A DNA stretch of 64,000 nucleotides from Marsupella aquatica. Taxonomy: Eukaryota; Plantae; Marchantiophyta. The stretch covers positions 4,903,925 through 4,967,924 of the forward strand of contig OZ316896.1 in NCBI GenBank assembly GCA_973895155.1, given 5' to 3'. A program made the translations under genes and the position numbers. This document shows, piece by piece, positions 36,645 through 49,597 of this stretch (its first letter is position 1; every line of letters begins with the position of its first letter). The notes beneath the pieces were generated by a model. The model was not told where the DNA came from, did not search any database, and worked only from the letters and a program-made list of their open reading frames with translations.

Positions 36645-39600
36645 AGTGTGTCATGTAGAGAGGTAGGCAATCGCAAGGAAGAGGGTAAGTGAGCCAGGCA
36701 GCCGAGTGAGATGCGGGTAACTGCTCCTGAATCCATTGATATTATCCACAAAACATGTTTTGGCTACATATACTTGAAACAACCTGACCAAAAGTCTGAG
36801 AACAATTTTTGGTTGGGAAAAAATTAGTAAACTTTATAGATGCTACGAGAGGGGAAGAAGGGCAGGCTCATGGGGCAAGGAGAGTGACTAGGTAAAATCT
36901 TCAGCATGTTTCTCTCTCCCATGTTTCTCTCTCCCTGGGCACTCTTCTCCTGTGGACACGTATATTGGAATGTTCTATTTACAGGGCATTGTGAGATATA
37001 ATGCCCTTTAAAATGAAAGCTTCTGCTGGAGTTTGATGGTCTATTCGTGCCCCTAATGTTTTCGCTAATGTTCTCAAAAGAGTACCTTCATACACTTGAA
37101 AAGCCTGAGGCCTTTTTTAATTTTATTAATTCTTGTAAAAGTAGAAGTGAATCTACGTATAGAGGTGATCCAAATCTTCAAGGTGGCACTGAAAAATCAC
37201 TGCCCACAATGATATGCCTGAATTCACTCAAAGGCCTAAAGATTTTATTTTTGCCTTCCTAGCGGGACCCACATGTTTGAGAGGATACATTTATAAGATG
37301 CCCCCAAAAATGAAGATAGTCTGAAAGACCTTTATTAATGAACATACCCAAAATCTCATGGGGTTGGTTGGGGATAAATGTTTGGTTTGTGGGTTCTGGA
37401 AGTAAAGGTGTCCTTCGCCCCCTTTTTCTCTAAGCATGCGCCCAGAAATACAAATGGAAAAATCAGGAAAGATATCCAGAAATATAAAAGGGAATGAGGA
37501 CCCACGCGTGCGATCGGTCGGTCGGAACAGACTGCCGCGCTCCTCCTCCTCGGGCAAGCAGCCGCTCTGACCGTGCGCTTCCGCATGGTTTCCTCCGCGC
37601 GGTACACAGCATGAAAATCACCGTGCACTGTCTCCTCTGTCGTGTCCCCGCGCAGATCCACGCCTGGATTGCCTCCGCGACCCACCTCGTTCCTCCTGAT
37701 CGGGTGGAAGAATTTGGTACCGTTTCCAGACTGCCCGTGCCATGCACAAAAATAGTGGATCCAACGCAAACACGATAATGGCAGTCTGGTACAGGGAACA
37801 GCATTATTTCCCTGTTTGCGGCCTATTGCACTTTTATCTTTCCAGCTTCGTCATGAGTTCTTTCTTTCCTAGAAAAAGCGCGAACCGCACGCCCTGGTTC
37901 TCTTCCATCGGGCAGTAGATTGCCTTGTCAGCCGGGCTGCCAGCTAGCTTTCTTTTCGTAGCCTGCCCGGTCGCACCGCATGACGTACGGGGGTCAATCA
38001 CGAGGGAATGGAAAACTAGGGTTAGGCCCTGGAAAGATGTCTTTCCAGAGGCACTATAACTGTAGTCATGATCCCACGGTACTCTTTGCTATAACTGCGG
38101 ACTAGACTAGGCAACGTTACTGCAGTACAGTGGATCGCCGGTGATAAATGAAAACTGCTCTGCCCACTACGGTTCCCCTCAGCCACATAAAGTTTATGAT
38201 TAATAGCGATCGCGAAGGCTCTAACCGGAGTTAATGGCTGCCTCAACACGGTAACCCCGGTCACTCACCGTACTCACTCCCAGGTCAGCTCTCACGGAAT
38301 CGCGAAACCTCACTTCAGTAGGTTTTAATCACCAGTCCTGTCTAATTTACAGCTTAGTGGTCACAGAGCCAAGCGTACCAAGTACTCGTTGGGAATTGCC
38401 ACCACATTAATACTTTCACCACTTTAACATAGTGGAGGATCTGGAGATTGAGAAGCGCTCTGTGACCCAGATTAATGGCCAAAGCAGACTGATTCCTTCC
38501 CAAGATGGGTTTCCGTTATTCCACTAGCCTTTACGTGAATATTTACAACCACTAGCGCAAATACAAGCATGAAGGTCTCCTGGTACCTCACTCTCATCTT
38601 TAGTCACAAGGATAGTAGCCCAAGTATGAAAAATCTTGCTACCAGATAAATTATAATCCATGATTTCATTCTAGGAAGTTTGTCACTAAATAGACTTTGA
38701 TCACTATGCCATACTGCCTGGAAAGCCACTTACCTCAAACATTGTAAAAAATTGGAGTACCATAACTTTGGGTGGCACCATTTTCATGGCTCACAGGCTC
38801 TTTACAAGGGCGGAACATGACAGAGTGCTGGCTTACTGAATGCTGGCTTGCACAAAATTTGAGCTACCTACTAAGTTACACCTGTGTACAGTGTAGGAAC
38901 AATGAAATGTGAGCCATTGGTAATCTGACAACAAGTTGTACAGGACTTGCCCATAACCCCCAATAATGATGCTCCCATCGCCTGAGCCCGTGAACCATCC
39001 AACCCCCTTGTACTCTGAAACCTTTGAGACTTTCACTCATTTACACTCTTCTTATATCTCAAAAAAGTTCAACAGCAAAGTTTTGCCTTCAATTTCTACC
39101 AGATTACAAAAGTCTGTCCAAGCATCTGGACAAACCAGAAGGTCCAACAGCTTCAATATTCCAATTGAGGTTTGTTATATTGTCACTCTTTTTGTTGAAA
39201 TGCATTTTTTGTCACTCATTTTGTTCTAATTATACTTTGCAATTTTTTCTACTGTTGGTAAAGTAAAGTAATTCTACTTAACTTGAAACAATCAAATGAT
39301 AAAGATATTACCAACAGGTGTCATGGTCGAAAATATCCCTTCCCCAGTCACAGCATGCTTTTCAGCCATTGACATTGGGGTTGGGTCTCTTAATATTTGC
39401 TCTCCACCCCAATTCACCCTCTTCGTTGAGTGTGGGCCCACTTGTAACAGTTGATGATGATGACAGTCATCCAATGATGAAAACTAGCAAAAATACTGAT
39501 AGTAGAATCATAGAGTAGAATTATTTTGCTTAACTTTGGGTAAAAAAACGGGACGAAGCCTGTAATTGGAAAACATGAGTGTCAAAATAAATAAACTTCA

Positions 39601-41633
39601 TTTGGAGTGTTTGTACTTGTTGTGAAGTTTATACCCTTAATTTCTACTTTAAAACCTCCAATCAAAACAAACAGACCGTTTTCCACAAAGTCCACGAGTG
39701 AGGAAAGAAACGTTGTACTGTAGTCTTCAAAAAAACTTCAACTCCCCGATTGCAAGGAAACTCAAATGGCCCCTGCCACCTCAGCTCGCCATGTCTCCAT
39801 AGTTATGTCACTCCGATGTCATGCCAGTGTATATTTGAAACGGAATTTTTTAATCCTCAATTGATGACATCGGATAGTCAGCTCTTCCTAAGTACACACT
39901 GCACGATTGCAATCCATGGGTAAATGCAAGGCATCCAGTTGTGCGCCTTTCTGCAGTTTTATAAGTGCAAATAGGGTGTAAAATGACAAATAAGTATATG
40001 CAAGATACTCTACATGGGTGTATGTACACTTATGGATAAGGGCACAATATCCTATGTGAAAGTCTTATGGATAAGTGAATGCCATTTTTATGTAAACGTG
40101 ATGTTGCTGCTATGAGATATTTGACAGGGGTTTACCATAAGGACTTCCAATTGAGGATTGTACAGTCAATTATTTGGCAAGGCAAGGTTATCCTCCTGGA
40201 ACATGCCATGGCAACTGCTCAAATGTGATGAGCGAAAGAGGAAGAGGAAATGACTACAGGTCGAGACACTCTGGCAGCAAGAAGATTACGATGCTATTTC
40301 TCTCTTAAGGGCTGTCTGAATACGTGAGCTTGTCATATAGTGTAAACCACATGTATGTGCAAGCCTCTGACTCCTTTCATGGAGTGTGCACTTAGGAACA
40401 GTACACCCTATAGTTCCTACTCTAATAACTATCCTTCAATAATTTTTCCTCAAACTGTTGGTAGTACTCTCTTGACGTACTCAGAGTCTCGTGTGGGATC
40501 ATTTCCACGAAGTACTGTAGGTCATACAATATCATGGCCTTCCTGACGCATCTATGCCCACATTGTCCTTTGCATGGGTGCCATGTCACCTTCATTAATA
40601 TGCCAGGTCAAACCTCATGCCATGTCAGCCCTTTTTTTTTCTTTTTCGTATCATTAAATAAGGTTATTTCAAACCATAGTAAGCGTCAAGAAATCTTGCC
40701 ACAAGGACAACGGGGGAGTAGTATAACCCAGGAACGGAGCTAATCACCAGCTGAAGCCGCAACATCATCGGGAACCAAACATACAGAGCCCCTGGCCTCT
40801 TACATTCCTTGTGACAGTCATGTTGTCCACCGTTGTAGGAACTTCTTTTACAATTCTCAATTACCAAAAAAATCTCTTACTTGCATCCATTCTTTAGGGG
40901 TGGTTCTTTCCCTTGTTTAAAGTTTTCTCAGTCTATTTTCCAGTATTTCCAAGTAGACCTACCACAATTATGTGTTCATCTACAAGTAGCACTATTTTGT
41001 CCACTTGGGCCCTCTTTTGTTTGTTCATTTGTACTCTGTTTGGTCCCTTTGTATATAAAAAGTGTGTATATTTAATTTTTAATTTTCTTCCCCTTCATTG
41101 ATGGTTTGCGTTGTCTTTGTGATCATGTCTCCAGGTTTGGGCGTTTTTTGCCCTTGGGCACAGTAATACATATTTATTTATTTATTTTTAATTTATATTT
41201 TCCGGGGCAAATTGCCTCTTGTAACTAAGTTTTTCAGGCTATGATGCCTGGAATTTTTGTTTCCTTCCCTCTCCTGGAACTGCCCCCATATATTCCCAGC
41301 CCACAATTTTCTGGAGGTCAAAATTTTTGACCTGGCCAGTAATTTTTATTATTTAAATCAACCAGTTTACAACTAGGGTAAAGTCATGTTCTTAGTGAAA
41401 CAATAATTAGTTGTCAGCTTGAGTCTTCCTCAAGAGCTCATACATGACTGTGATATGGCATCCCAACACCTGTCTGTCTGTCCATAAGGCATTTTTAGTA
41501 TTATAATTTTTGCCCAAATCTTTACTGCAAAATGCTCTGGTCACTTTCCAACCTTAGAAGAAATTGTATTCAGTTGGAAAGAAAATTTATCGCAATTCCA
41601 CCTAGACAATATCGTGGCATTTTTTGCACTTGT

Positions 41634-41699
41634 GTTCAGATTCTATGACCTGAACGTTCAGATTCTATTAACTGAACGTTCAGATTCTATTAACTGAAC
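41634..41699. repeat. Three tandem 22-bp stem-loop units
   Basis: GTTCAG-ATTCTATTAA-CTGAAC occurs three times; the first copy has a variant loop. Confidence 0.9.
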
Positions 41700-41860
41700 C
41701 AAGCCCACTGCCTGTGTGTTGCACATATCATGTCGAGACAAGGCAAAGATGTTGAGGTGAGAGAAAGTTGTCGAGATGAGGCAAAGATCTTGGGGTGAAG
41801 CAAAGATGTCGAGTAGAGGACAAGATGTTAAGGCAAGACAAATATGTCAAGGCGAGGCAA
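41700..41860 (-). mobile_element. Degenerate Helitron-like 3' end on the minus strand
   Basis: The reverse complement reads (GACATCTTTGCC..CTCGAC)n then TGTGCAACACACAGGCAGTGGGCTTG. This parallels the 3' ends at 10181-10206 and 54282-54298. The terminal CTAG is mutated and no 5' end was found. Confidence 0.45.
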
Positions 41861-43656
41861 GGAAATGCAGGTGGCCAACAAGTGCAGGCTGAACTCTACT
41901 GCAGCCCACAAAAACTGAGACTATAAAAAGTGATTTTAACTCAAAAAATAGTCAAAATGTAATTCTACTTTGAAAACAAAAAAAGCATCATTTTCCTTCA
42001 CAAAAATGTGTTTTCCTGTCACAAAATGACATTTTGAAAAAACTTCCTTTCAAAATATGATGTTTTCTGTCATTGTTTCTTGCCCTGCAGTAGAGTTTGG
42101 CTGCTATTTTTGGCTGAAACTTTCACCCGACAGCACAGGGAAGCAGGGGATGAGCAGCTTATGCCTACAGCCAATGGTGCCTTGCATGCCACATGGCAGT
42201 GGGAGAACCTACACCAATGAGGACAAAGGTTGAGCGGTCTCTACTAAGGAAATACTAACCCATATACAAAATGGGGGTACAAAATGGGGGTCAGGTTAGT
42301 AAATAAATTTGTTTGGGAGACACCTTAGTAGATTCCATTAGTTTTGGGGGTCAGGTTAGTATTCATGAAGCTGTTTGTGCAGATTGATTAACTTAGTATT
42401 TAAGTACAAACAAATAATGAATAAGGATTATGGTCAAGGCAGAGTGGTCAGCATGAGAGTTCGTGTTTAAAAAAATTAAAGATGGGAATATAATCAGGCA
42501 ATTTTGGGCAAATCAGGATTACATTGCAGGAAACCAATGTTGTTACCTTTCCAGTCAATCACATTGTAACCCTTGTCTATTCTTTCCCACAAAATAACCA
42601 AGAAACACACAAACACATGTTTGTTGATGACACATATTTGTCATGGTAGTATGATGTTTCCAGTGGAATATGTAAAGGAGTATTGGTCAAATACATTGTC
42701 CTCCTTGCTATGGGACTGCTGGTATAAAAACGTTGTCAAAAAACGTATGGCATCTTCTGCAAGATAAGTAGATTGAGGCAGGTCCATGCTGCAGGGCTAT
42801 CTCAGAGCCCTCGTAGATCATAGTATCCCCAACACTTGTTGAAAACATGTTTATGAGAGTGACACACATGGCACATATTTGACCTATATGCAAACACATT
42901 TCTTTTGTATGTGGTGGCACTTGTTTTGAAAACCTTCGTAAGATCCATTTGGTTGCCAAAAATATTTTCCTTCCTTGTTTTTGTCATATGGTGGCATGTT
43001 TTGTCAAGAAAGAGTCATAGTAGTCATCCCTGGATCACAACTTTGTGAATAGGTCCATTTTGCAACTATTTCAACTGTAACATAGTTTTTTACTAATCTA
43101 TCCCCCAACCTGATCGTAATTATCAATCTGTCCTCCAAATTATTTTAATTCCTAGGTCAATCCCCTTTTTGAATATTGCCATCGTAAATATCAATCTGAA
43201 TGGCACTATGGTAGCTACCTCCCAGATGAACCCACTGTAAAATGTGTTGTGAGAACTTGAATGGTAGCTATAGTACTCACCATGTAGGACCCCTAGAATT
43301 TGAAATTTGCTTGGACTGTCCTTGGTCTTCTACTTCACATCGTCAAATGTGCTCAGTGCAAGAGAGGTCAAGCGTGCACTGGAAGGGAAGGCAGCAAAAG
43401 AACCTACCAGGGAGATCAGATACACACAATAAATAAACAACTATTGACACTTTAGTCACTCAGACAAAATTTTAGGTAGTGTTTGTGATAATTAAAAAGA
43501 AAATCACAACATACATTTTAGTAATATTTGAAGTGTTTTGTTGTAGATCATTCAATAAATATGCTATTTTTAAAATTGCAAGACAAAATTTTACTATTAA
43601 ATCTTGATGTGAAGCTACTTTCAAGGTCTACATCTAGAAGCCAGTAGACAGTGACT

Positions 43657-43780
43657 TAGGGGTGGCAATCAAATTCGGGGTGGGGGTGAAAAACAGGGAT
43701 GGGTGTGGAGTAGTGCCCCGCATTTGAAAACAGGGTTGCCTGTGAAGAGAGGCGGTGGAGTAGGGGCAACATGTAAAGAA
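43657..43780 (+). mobile_element. hAT-type MITE end (TAGGGGTGGCAAT)
   Basis: It has the same terminal motif as 63568, and its G-rich interior resembles the reverse complement of 63800-63900. No partner TIR was found. Confidence 0.4.
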
Positions 43781-46700
43781 AGTTGATGGATTAAGTAGAC
43801 AGCCTGTGAATAGGTCAGCTGCTGTAACCGAGGGTCAAGAAATATAGTGAAAATACTACTTTTTTTCAATGACAAAGAAGTTTTGGTCAGCTGCTGTTGT
43901 CGAGGGTTGATGCTTTTTTATCCTCACCTCTATTCACAATCAAAGGACGCGTAGTCAGGCTAGTCTAAATAAATTACTTGTGGCATTGCAGCGTAAATGG
44001 AAAGAAAAGAATATGTGGTTTTTTCCCAGGGCCTATGCTTGCCCCAGTGTTAAACAGTAATTCTCTTTTAATAGATGAAATAAAAGGATGCCAAAATACT
44101 CTCTTGTTTTAAATTCGAATGTAGTTAGTATCTAGAGCACATAAGATTAGAATATTCTTTAAATTTCCCTTACCCCGAGAATCTAAAATCCAGAATTAAA
44201 TAATTATTCATTAATCGCTAGAACCAGAGGTCACAGCTCCGTAGTAACAAAACTAACCCAAGTGCATAATGGGACACGGGATTTCCAACTAACCTAAGAC
44301 CACAATTGGACACGGGGATTCCAAGTAACCCAAGAGGCAAGAGCACATGGGAGAGTGGAATTCCAAAATGCAGGCAACGATAAATAATTTCAGCCCCACC
44401 CGTTCTGTAGGCGAGGCTCTTCTAGCCGCCACCATTCTTCCAGGTTGTTTGTTCTCAAAGCAAGGGACCGCGGATAATCCCTGAGTTCCTCCAGTTTCCC
44501 TTCTGTTACGGCCTCTGATCCTGAAATATTTTGTCCCTGGGACCTGGTCGTTTCTTGGTCCTAATATTGGGACACTTTTATCCACGAGTATATGATGGAG
44601 CCACATGAAGGGGAAACCACTAAAAAACGAATTCACACTTTGCCCTGAAGATTTGGCGTTTGCAACATTTATTTTCATAGCCAGCCCAGAGTGGAGGTCT
44701 CCCGATTTATCCAGTACATACGGCAGATTATTAGGAGGATTCACAACACTGTTTGTTGAATGTACCAACTCTTTCTTGCTTTGAAAATTGAAAGACAATC
44801 CACCTATCAGTGAATTATCATTTTGGGAGCCACAATACCATGAATAGGATAATGTCCTGGTTAGAGGGCATTATCTACCTATCTACCTACTACAATATAC
44901 AATCCCGCTTTTTTCTGAGAGTTGTCTGCTTACTAAATCAAAAGGAAGCGGGATGACATTGTGTCTGTTGGATTAAAACGTGTATTTCCAGCACCGTTAG
45001 ATCGTATCATCAGCCCGTCCTGGAGCACAGTTTGGGGAAATCATGGTACAGGCCTTTCTGCCAACGACAAGACCTGACTCCCTCTCCATCTTTTTATCAC
45101 CTGACGCGGGGATGACAAGATCTGACACATCATAGTCGCTTGCCGCGGCTTGGTCCAGGCGTTCTGATGCGGCGCCCCCCAAAACCCCAGTGTCCACCAT
45201 ACTCCCGGGTGAGTCCACCCTCGCCAAGACCCCAACGTCGACCCTAGCCTCGCCTCCCTCTCGCCACTCTCTCCTTGCCTCCCTCGGGCGACTCTCTCCT
45301 CGCCGTGGGCTGTGGGAGTCGATCCCCCACTCTGACTCCCTCGCTCGCCATGCCTCTCTCGTCGTGGCCTGTGGGAGTCGACCCCTGTCCCCACCCCGAC
45401 TCGCTCCCTCGCCTCCCCGGCTCCGCTCGCCCCGGCTCCCCTCACCTCGCACCGCACAGGCCATGGAGGAGTCACCTCGCCTTGCCTCCCTCCCTCACCT
45501 CCCCTCGCCTCGACTTTCTCCCCTGTGCGAGTCAGGAGTACTGCAGAGAAAGTCAAAGGGGGGCTCGCAAAACAATGTGCAAGTTGGGGGAGGGGGAGAG
45601 AGGAGTCGGGGTGGGGCCGTGGGGGCAGGGGCCGAGCAAGCAAGTCGGGAGGGGGAGAAAATTGTCGAGAGGGAGGGGCAGCGAGCGAGTTGGGAGGGAG
45701 AGACTCGGGCGGGAGTCAAGCCGAGAGGGAGGCGAGGCGCAAACGCGGGAGTCAAGTTGAGAGGGAGGCGAGGCGCGAGCTCGGGGCAGCGGGACTGTCG
45801 AGGAGGGAGGCAGAGACTCAGGGTGGAGGGAGGCAAGGCGCGACTGCGGGAGGCAGAGCCGCAGGACAGAGCCGCAGAGGTCAGTCGACCCCGGCGTGGC
45901 AACTGGCGTGCCAGAGGGAATCAAACCCAAGACGCACATCGGGCCCGTCCGCTCACGCCCTCTGTCACGGCCGTTGCCCGACGCTCCCTTCATAAAAGTG
46001 CCCTTTTCCAGTCCACGTCATCCCGCTCGCGGCCGTTCAGTCCAGGCATTTTGCTCTCCCGAATGGCCGAAACCAACACGCACAACCTGACGCAGGTGCA
46101 GCGCATAAACCTCCCGCACGGCCAAAACCCTGACGCACGACACTCACTTGCAAGTACTCTGCCTGTCCGCTCCCCATTCCCTTTGTATTTTGGGTTTGAG
46201 GCCAAAATATGGGCCGCTAAAGTGGTCCGGGGGTCACAGGACCCCAGAAGCATATATAAGGAGGGTGCATTGTTCTTGGAGGTAATGGGAATGGATCATT
46301 ACGGCAGCTTGCGTGACGGCTTTTGGGGTGATCAGTTTTGGGGAGGATGGCTTGGGTGACCATTCTTTTGGGGGGATTTTGTGTTTAGGGTGACCACCAT
46401 GGATGATGGTGTGACGGGGTCCCCATCATTCAAAATCACGAATAATGGGTTTCAGAGTGGTGTGCACTATAAATAACCATTGTAAATAAGCCTTTTTCAA
46501 ATTTTTTAAGTTAATTCCGTCACTGGTGATGGACCGGGGTACCGTATTTATTTATTTTTTCCTAATTGTTTTGCAAATATGTTGGGCCCCTTAGAAATAA
46601 AATGGTGGAGGGCCCTGCCTTGGGAGGACTCCCCATTAATTTATGGCTGTGTTGGAGACCCCAATAGCAAGGTTTAGGGGAAGAAGAAAAAAAAAGGGGA

Positions 46701-47630
46701 ATCAAGGGAGTTTTTGGGTTATGCCGCGAGGTGGCGCTGCCAAGGAGGGAGCGAGGAAGGAGCCGATCAGGGCGCGAGGCAGCCGAGGCGCAGCCACAGG
46801 TGAGAGGGGGGCAAGTCGGAGCGAGCCTCCATAGGGAGGCGTGCCGGTGAGCCCGCGAGTGGGCGAGGCCAGGGAGAGACTACCGGGAGGCAGGAAGCCG
46901 GGAGGTGCAGCCGCGTGTCAGGATGAGGCACGCCCTGCATAGGGCCACGTGCAGTGGCAAGCCCTTGCGAAGGGAGGCGGCAAGCTGGGCATGACGCGCC
47001 CCGGCGAGGAGTAAGGGAGAGAGTAGGGAGGCGCGAGGCGCTCCCGCAAGTGAGTAAGGGAGGCGCAAGGCACTCCCGCGAGTAGCGGGGGGGAAATTAA
47101 ATCCCCCAGTTAAGCAAGCCGGTGATCCCGCGAGTGGGCGCTGCCGGGGCAGGCATGGGCGCAAGACGGGAGGCGCACGGCAGCAAAAAAAAGTAGTAAG
47201 GGAGGGGTTAAACCCCCCCAACAGGAGCGAATCGCAGCGGGGCGCGAGTGGGCGCAATTAAGTATGGGCAAGCCTCCATAAGGAAGCGAGCCAGGAATAG
47301 GGAGGTGAGCCGGGGTGCAATGCTGCCGGGACCAAACAGAGGAAAACATGGGGGAGAGCCGGGAGTATAAGGAGGAGGCTGGGGGGTTCCTATGTTGGGT
47401 TCCTATGTTGTTTTTTTTCCTCTCCTCTCTCTCCCACTTTGCCCATTGCCGAAAGCACTTTGCCTTGAGCAATTTCTCCCATTGGTTTTCTGAGCTCCCT
47501 CTTTCTCTCTTGCAACTCTTTTTCTTTCCCAAGCTCTCTCTTGGGTGATTGTTAGAGCTTGGTGGTTATTGTTATTCGGGCATCCAGGACAGGCATGATG
47601 GGTGAAGCCAAGGGGAAGTAGAGTGGACTT

Positions 47631-47780
47631 GAGATCGTGGTACGGGGGCTATACGGGCCAGGAATTGTACAGTGTAATGGAGATCGTGGTACGGGGGCTA
47701 TACGGGCCAGAAATTGTACGGTGTAACGGGAGATCATGGTACATGGGCTATACGGGCCAGGAATTGTACGGTGTAACGGG
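47631..47780. repeat. Three ~50-bp tandem repeats inside the Helitron
   Basis: GAGATCGTGGTACGGGGGCTATACGGGCCAGGAATTGTACGGTGTAACGG-like units start at 47631, 47680 and 47730. Confidence 0.9.
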
Positions 47781-47925
47781 AATTGTTGTGATAGTAGAAT
47801 TTTTAGTATGAATGTTTGATCCACCTGAGTTCAGTACAGCCCGTGTTCGTTGATACAAGGCTGCTTACCGGGATTACATTGCCACACGAATTAGGGAGGA
47901 GGGAGAGAAACGGCGGTCAGCCGTC

Positions 47926-49597
47926 ATGAGTACAGGATCTGGAACGCCTAGCACTACGGTTGTATGAAAGGTTTTCCGTAGGGTGTACCCCCGCACTTCT
48001 GCCAAGGTGATGGAAGAGGGCAAGGAGATTTTTCAGGATACAGGGTTCACCAAGTTCATGGGTGTAGAGATTATGATTCCTCCCGACAGGACTTGGGACA
48101 TTGCGGCTGGATTGGAGTGCCGTACGGAGGGGATTTATTTTCATTGTAACAGGCAGTTGATCCCTCACGTGGAGTTGGCCAAACTCTTATTTCTCAATAA
48201 CCAGGACTTCACGTTTCAGCCAGTAGAGCCACCTGGTGTTTTTACGTTGGAAGAACTAGCTGAGGTGGTGAGGGACCCCATTTCCGTAAACTATCATTCC
48301 CCTCTCAACGTTCAAGGATCCAGCGTACAAGGTGTTTGTGGCCAAGGTACACCAGCGGGTACTTGGTCGGGGGCAATCTGGGACAGTGAGTGGAGATCAG
48401 TTGGCTATTGCCAACGACATCAAGACTCACCCACGTCACACGTACGGATGGTGGTATTTCGGGATGAGGAAGTCATTGGCCATGGATCCTAAGAGTGTGA
48501 AGACGGGAGGAGGCATGCACTTGATGGGGTCTTTCCTATTGGCCAGGCGGGAAGGGCTTCTTCCCTCACCGGGCACAGAAGGGGAAATGGTGCCACCCTT
48601 CACCACGGAAATACGGAGGATAGCCACCACCATATTAGGAAGCTTGGTGAAGGGGCCACCGTCTGAGCCAATAGCCCAACCTACTACGGAAGATGACCCA
48701 GATGAGGATAGCGTTATGGAGTGGTTGGAGTCACTTGTGGGGAACCAGGAGGAGTCTCTTGATTACGATGTGCCCGAGGTGTACTTGGCCGAATTACGTG
48801 ATTTTCGTGATGGAGTGCATGAAGGGCTTAAGTTGTGCAGAACGTTGAAGGAGGCCATCAACCAAGGCCAGTTCAAGGTGGAAATGTTACAAGTAAGTAA
48901 TGAGGCCTTGAAAGAGGTGGTCAAGGCAAAGGAGGTGGTGATTCAAGAGCAAGGGAGGTCGCTCAAGGAGTCATATATTCAGGTTTTACAGCTGGAAGGA
49001 GCCTTATCTACTAAGGCTAAGGAGGCGCTGGAGGTGGGAGTATTGAGAGATGAGGTGGCCAAGCTCAAGCAGGGCACGGGTGAGGTAGAGAGGCTCAAGG
49101 GGGAAGTGGTGGAGTTACGGGGTCAAGTTGGACTCCTTGAGACCAGGGCCAAGAGGAACGATATGTTGAGGCTGGGGAAGAGGAAGAGCCCATCTCCCTC
49201 TAGCCCTACCCTCTCCCCAGATTTGATCTCAAAAGCCATTGAGATGGTGGTAAGAGAAGTAACTCAACGGTACGGACCAATGTTGGAAGCGGCCAAGAGG
49301 GAGAAGGAGAAGAGTAAGATGTTGGAGAAACAGTTATAGGAGACCCGTAAGTCATCACGAGAAACCCCAGCCGGTCACGGTGCCACCGTATCTGCTAGTC
49401 ATGGTGCCAACATTTCATCACCCTCATCATTACCAGCGGAGGCTCAACCGAGTCACAGAGTCACGGTGCCAGGGATGCCACCCCGATCCGTAAACCCGGG
49501 GACTCCTCTGGCTACCGGCCAGGTCTTACCTTTGCAGTTGCAAGGAGGTGAAGAGGCTGCCTTATGGAAGGACACACTATTAGCCAGGGTTATGTGA
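47926..49597 (+). pseudogene. Degenerate ~555-codon ORF: globular N-region, acidic patch, long coiled coil and Pro/Ser tail (resembles TE accessory ORFs)
   Basis: ATG 47926 is in frame with ORF 47983 across a TGA at 47965. A frameshift near 48325 leads into ORF 48332-49339 (heptads LKEVVKAKEVVIQEQ...LRDEVAKLKQGTGEVERLKGEVVELRGQV). The frame continues past TAG 49337 to TGA 49595. Confidence 0.55.

Noticed and set aside
38370-39260. Possible decayed retroelement coding sequence
   Set aside because: Many stops in all frames and no diagnostic motif recognised.
45190-46359. 389-aa ORF and overlapping ORFs on both strands
   Set aside because: Low-complexity GC-rich repeat that lacks stops in several frames; no domain-like sequence.
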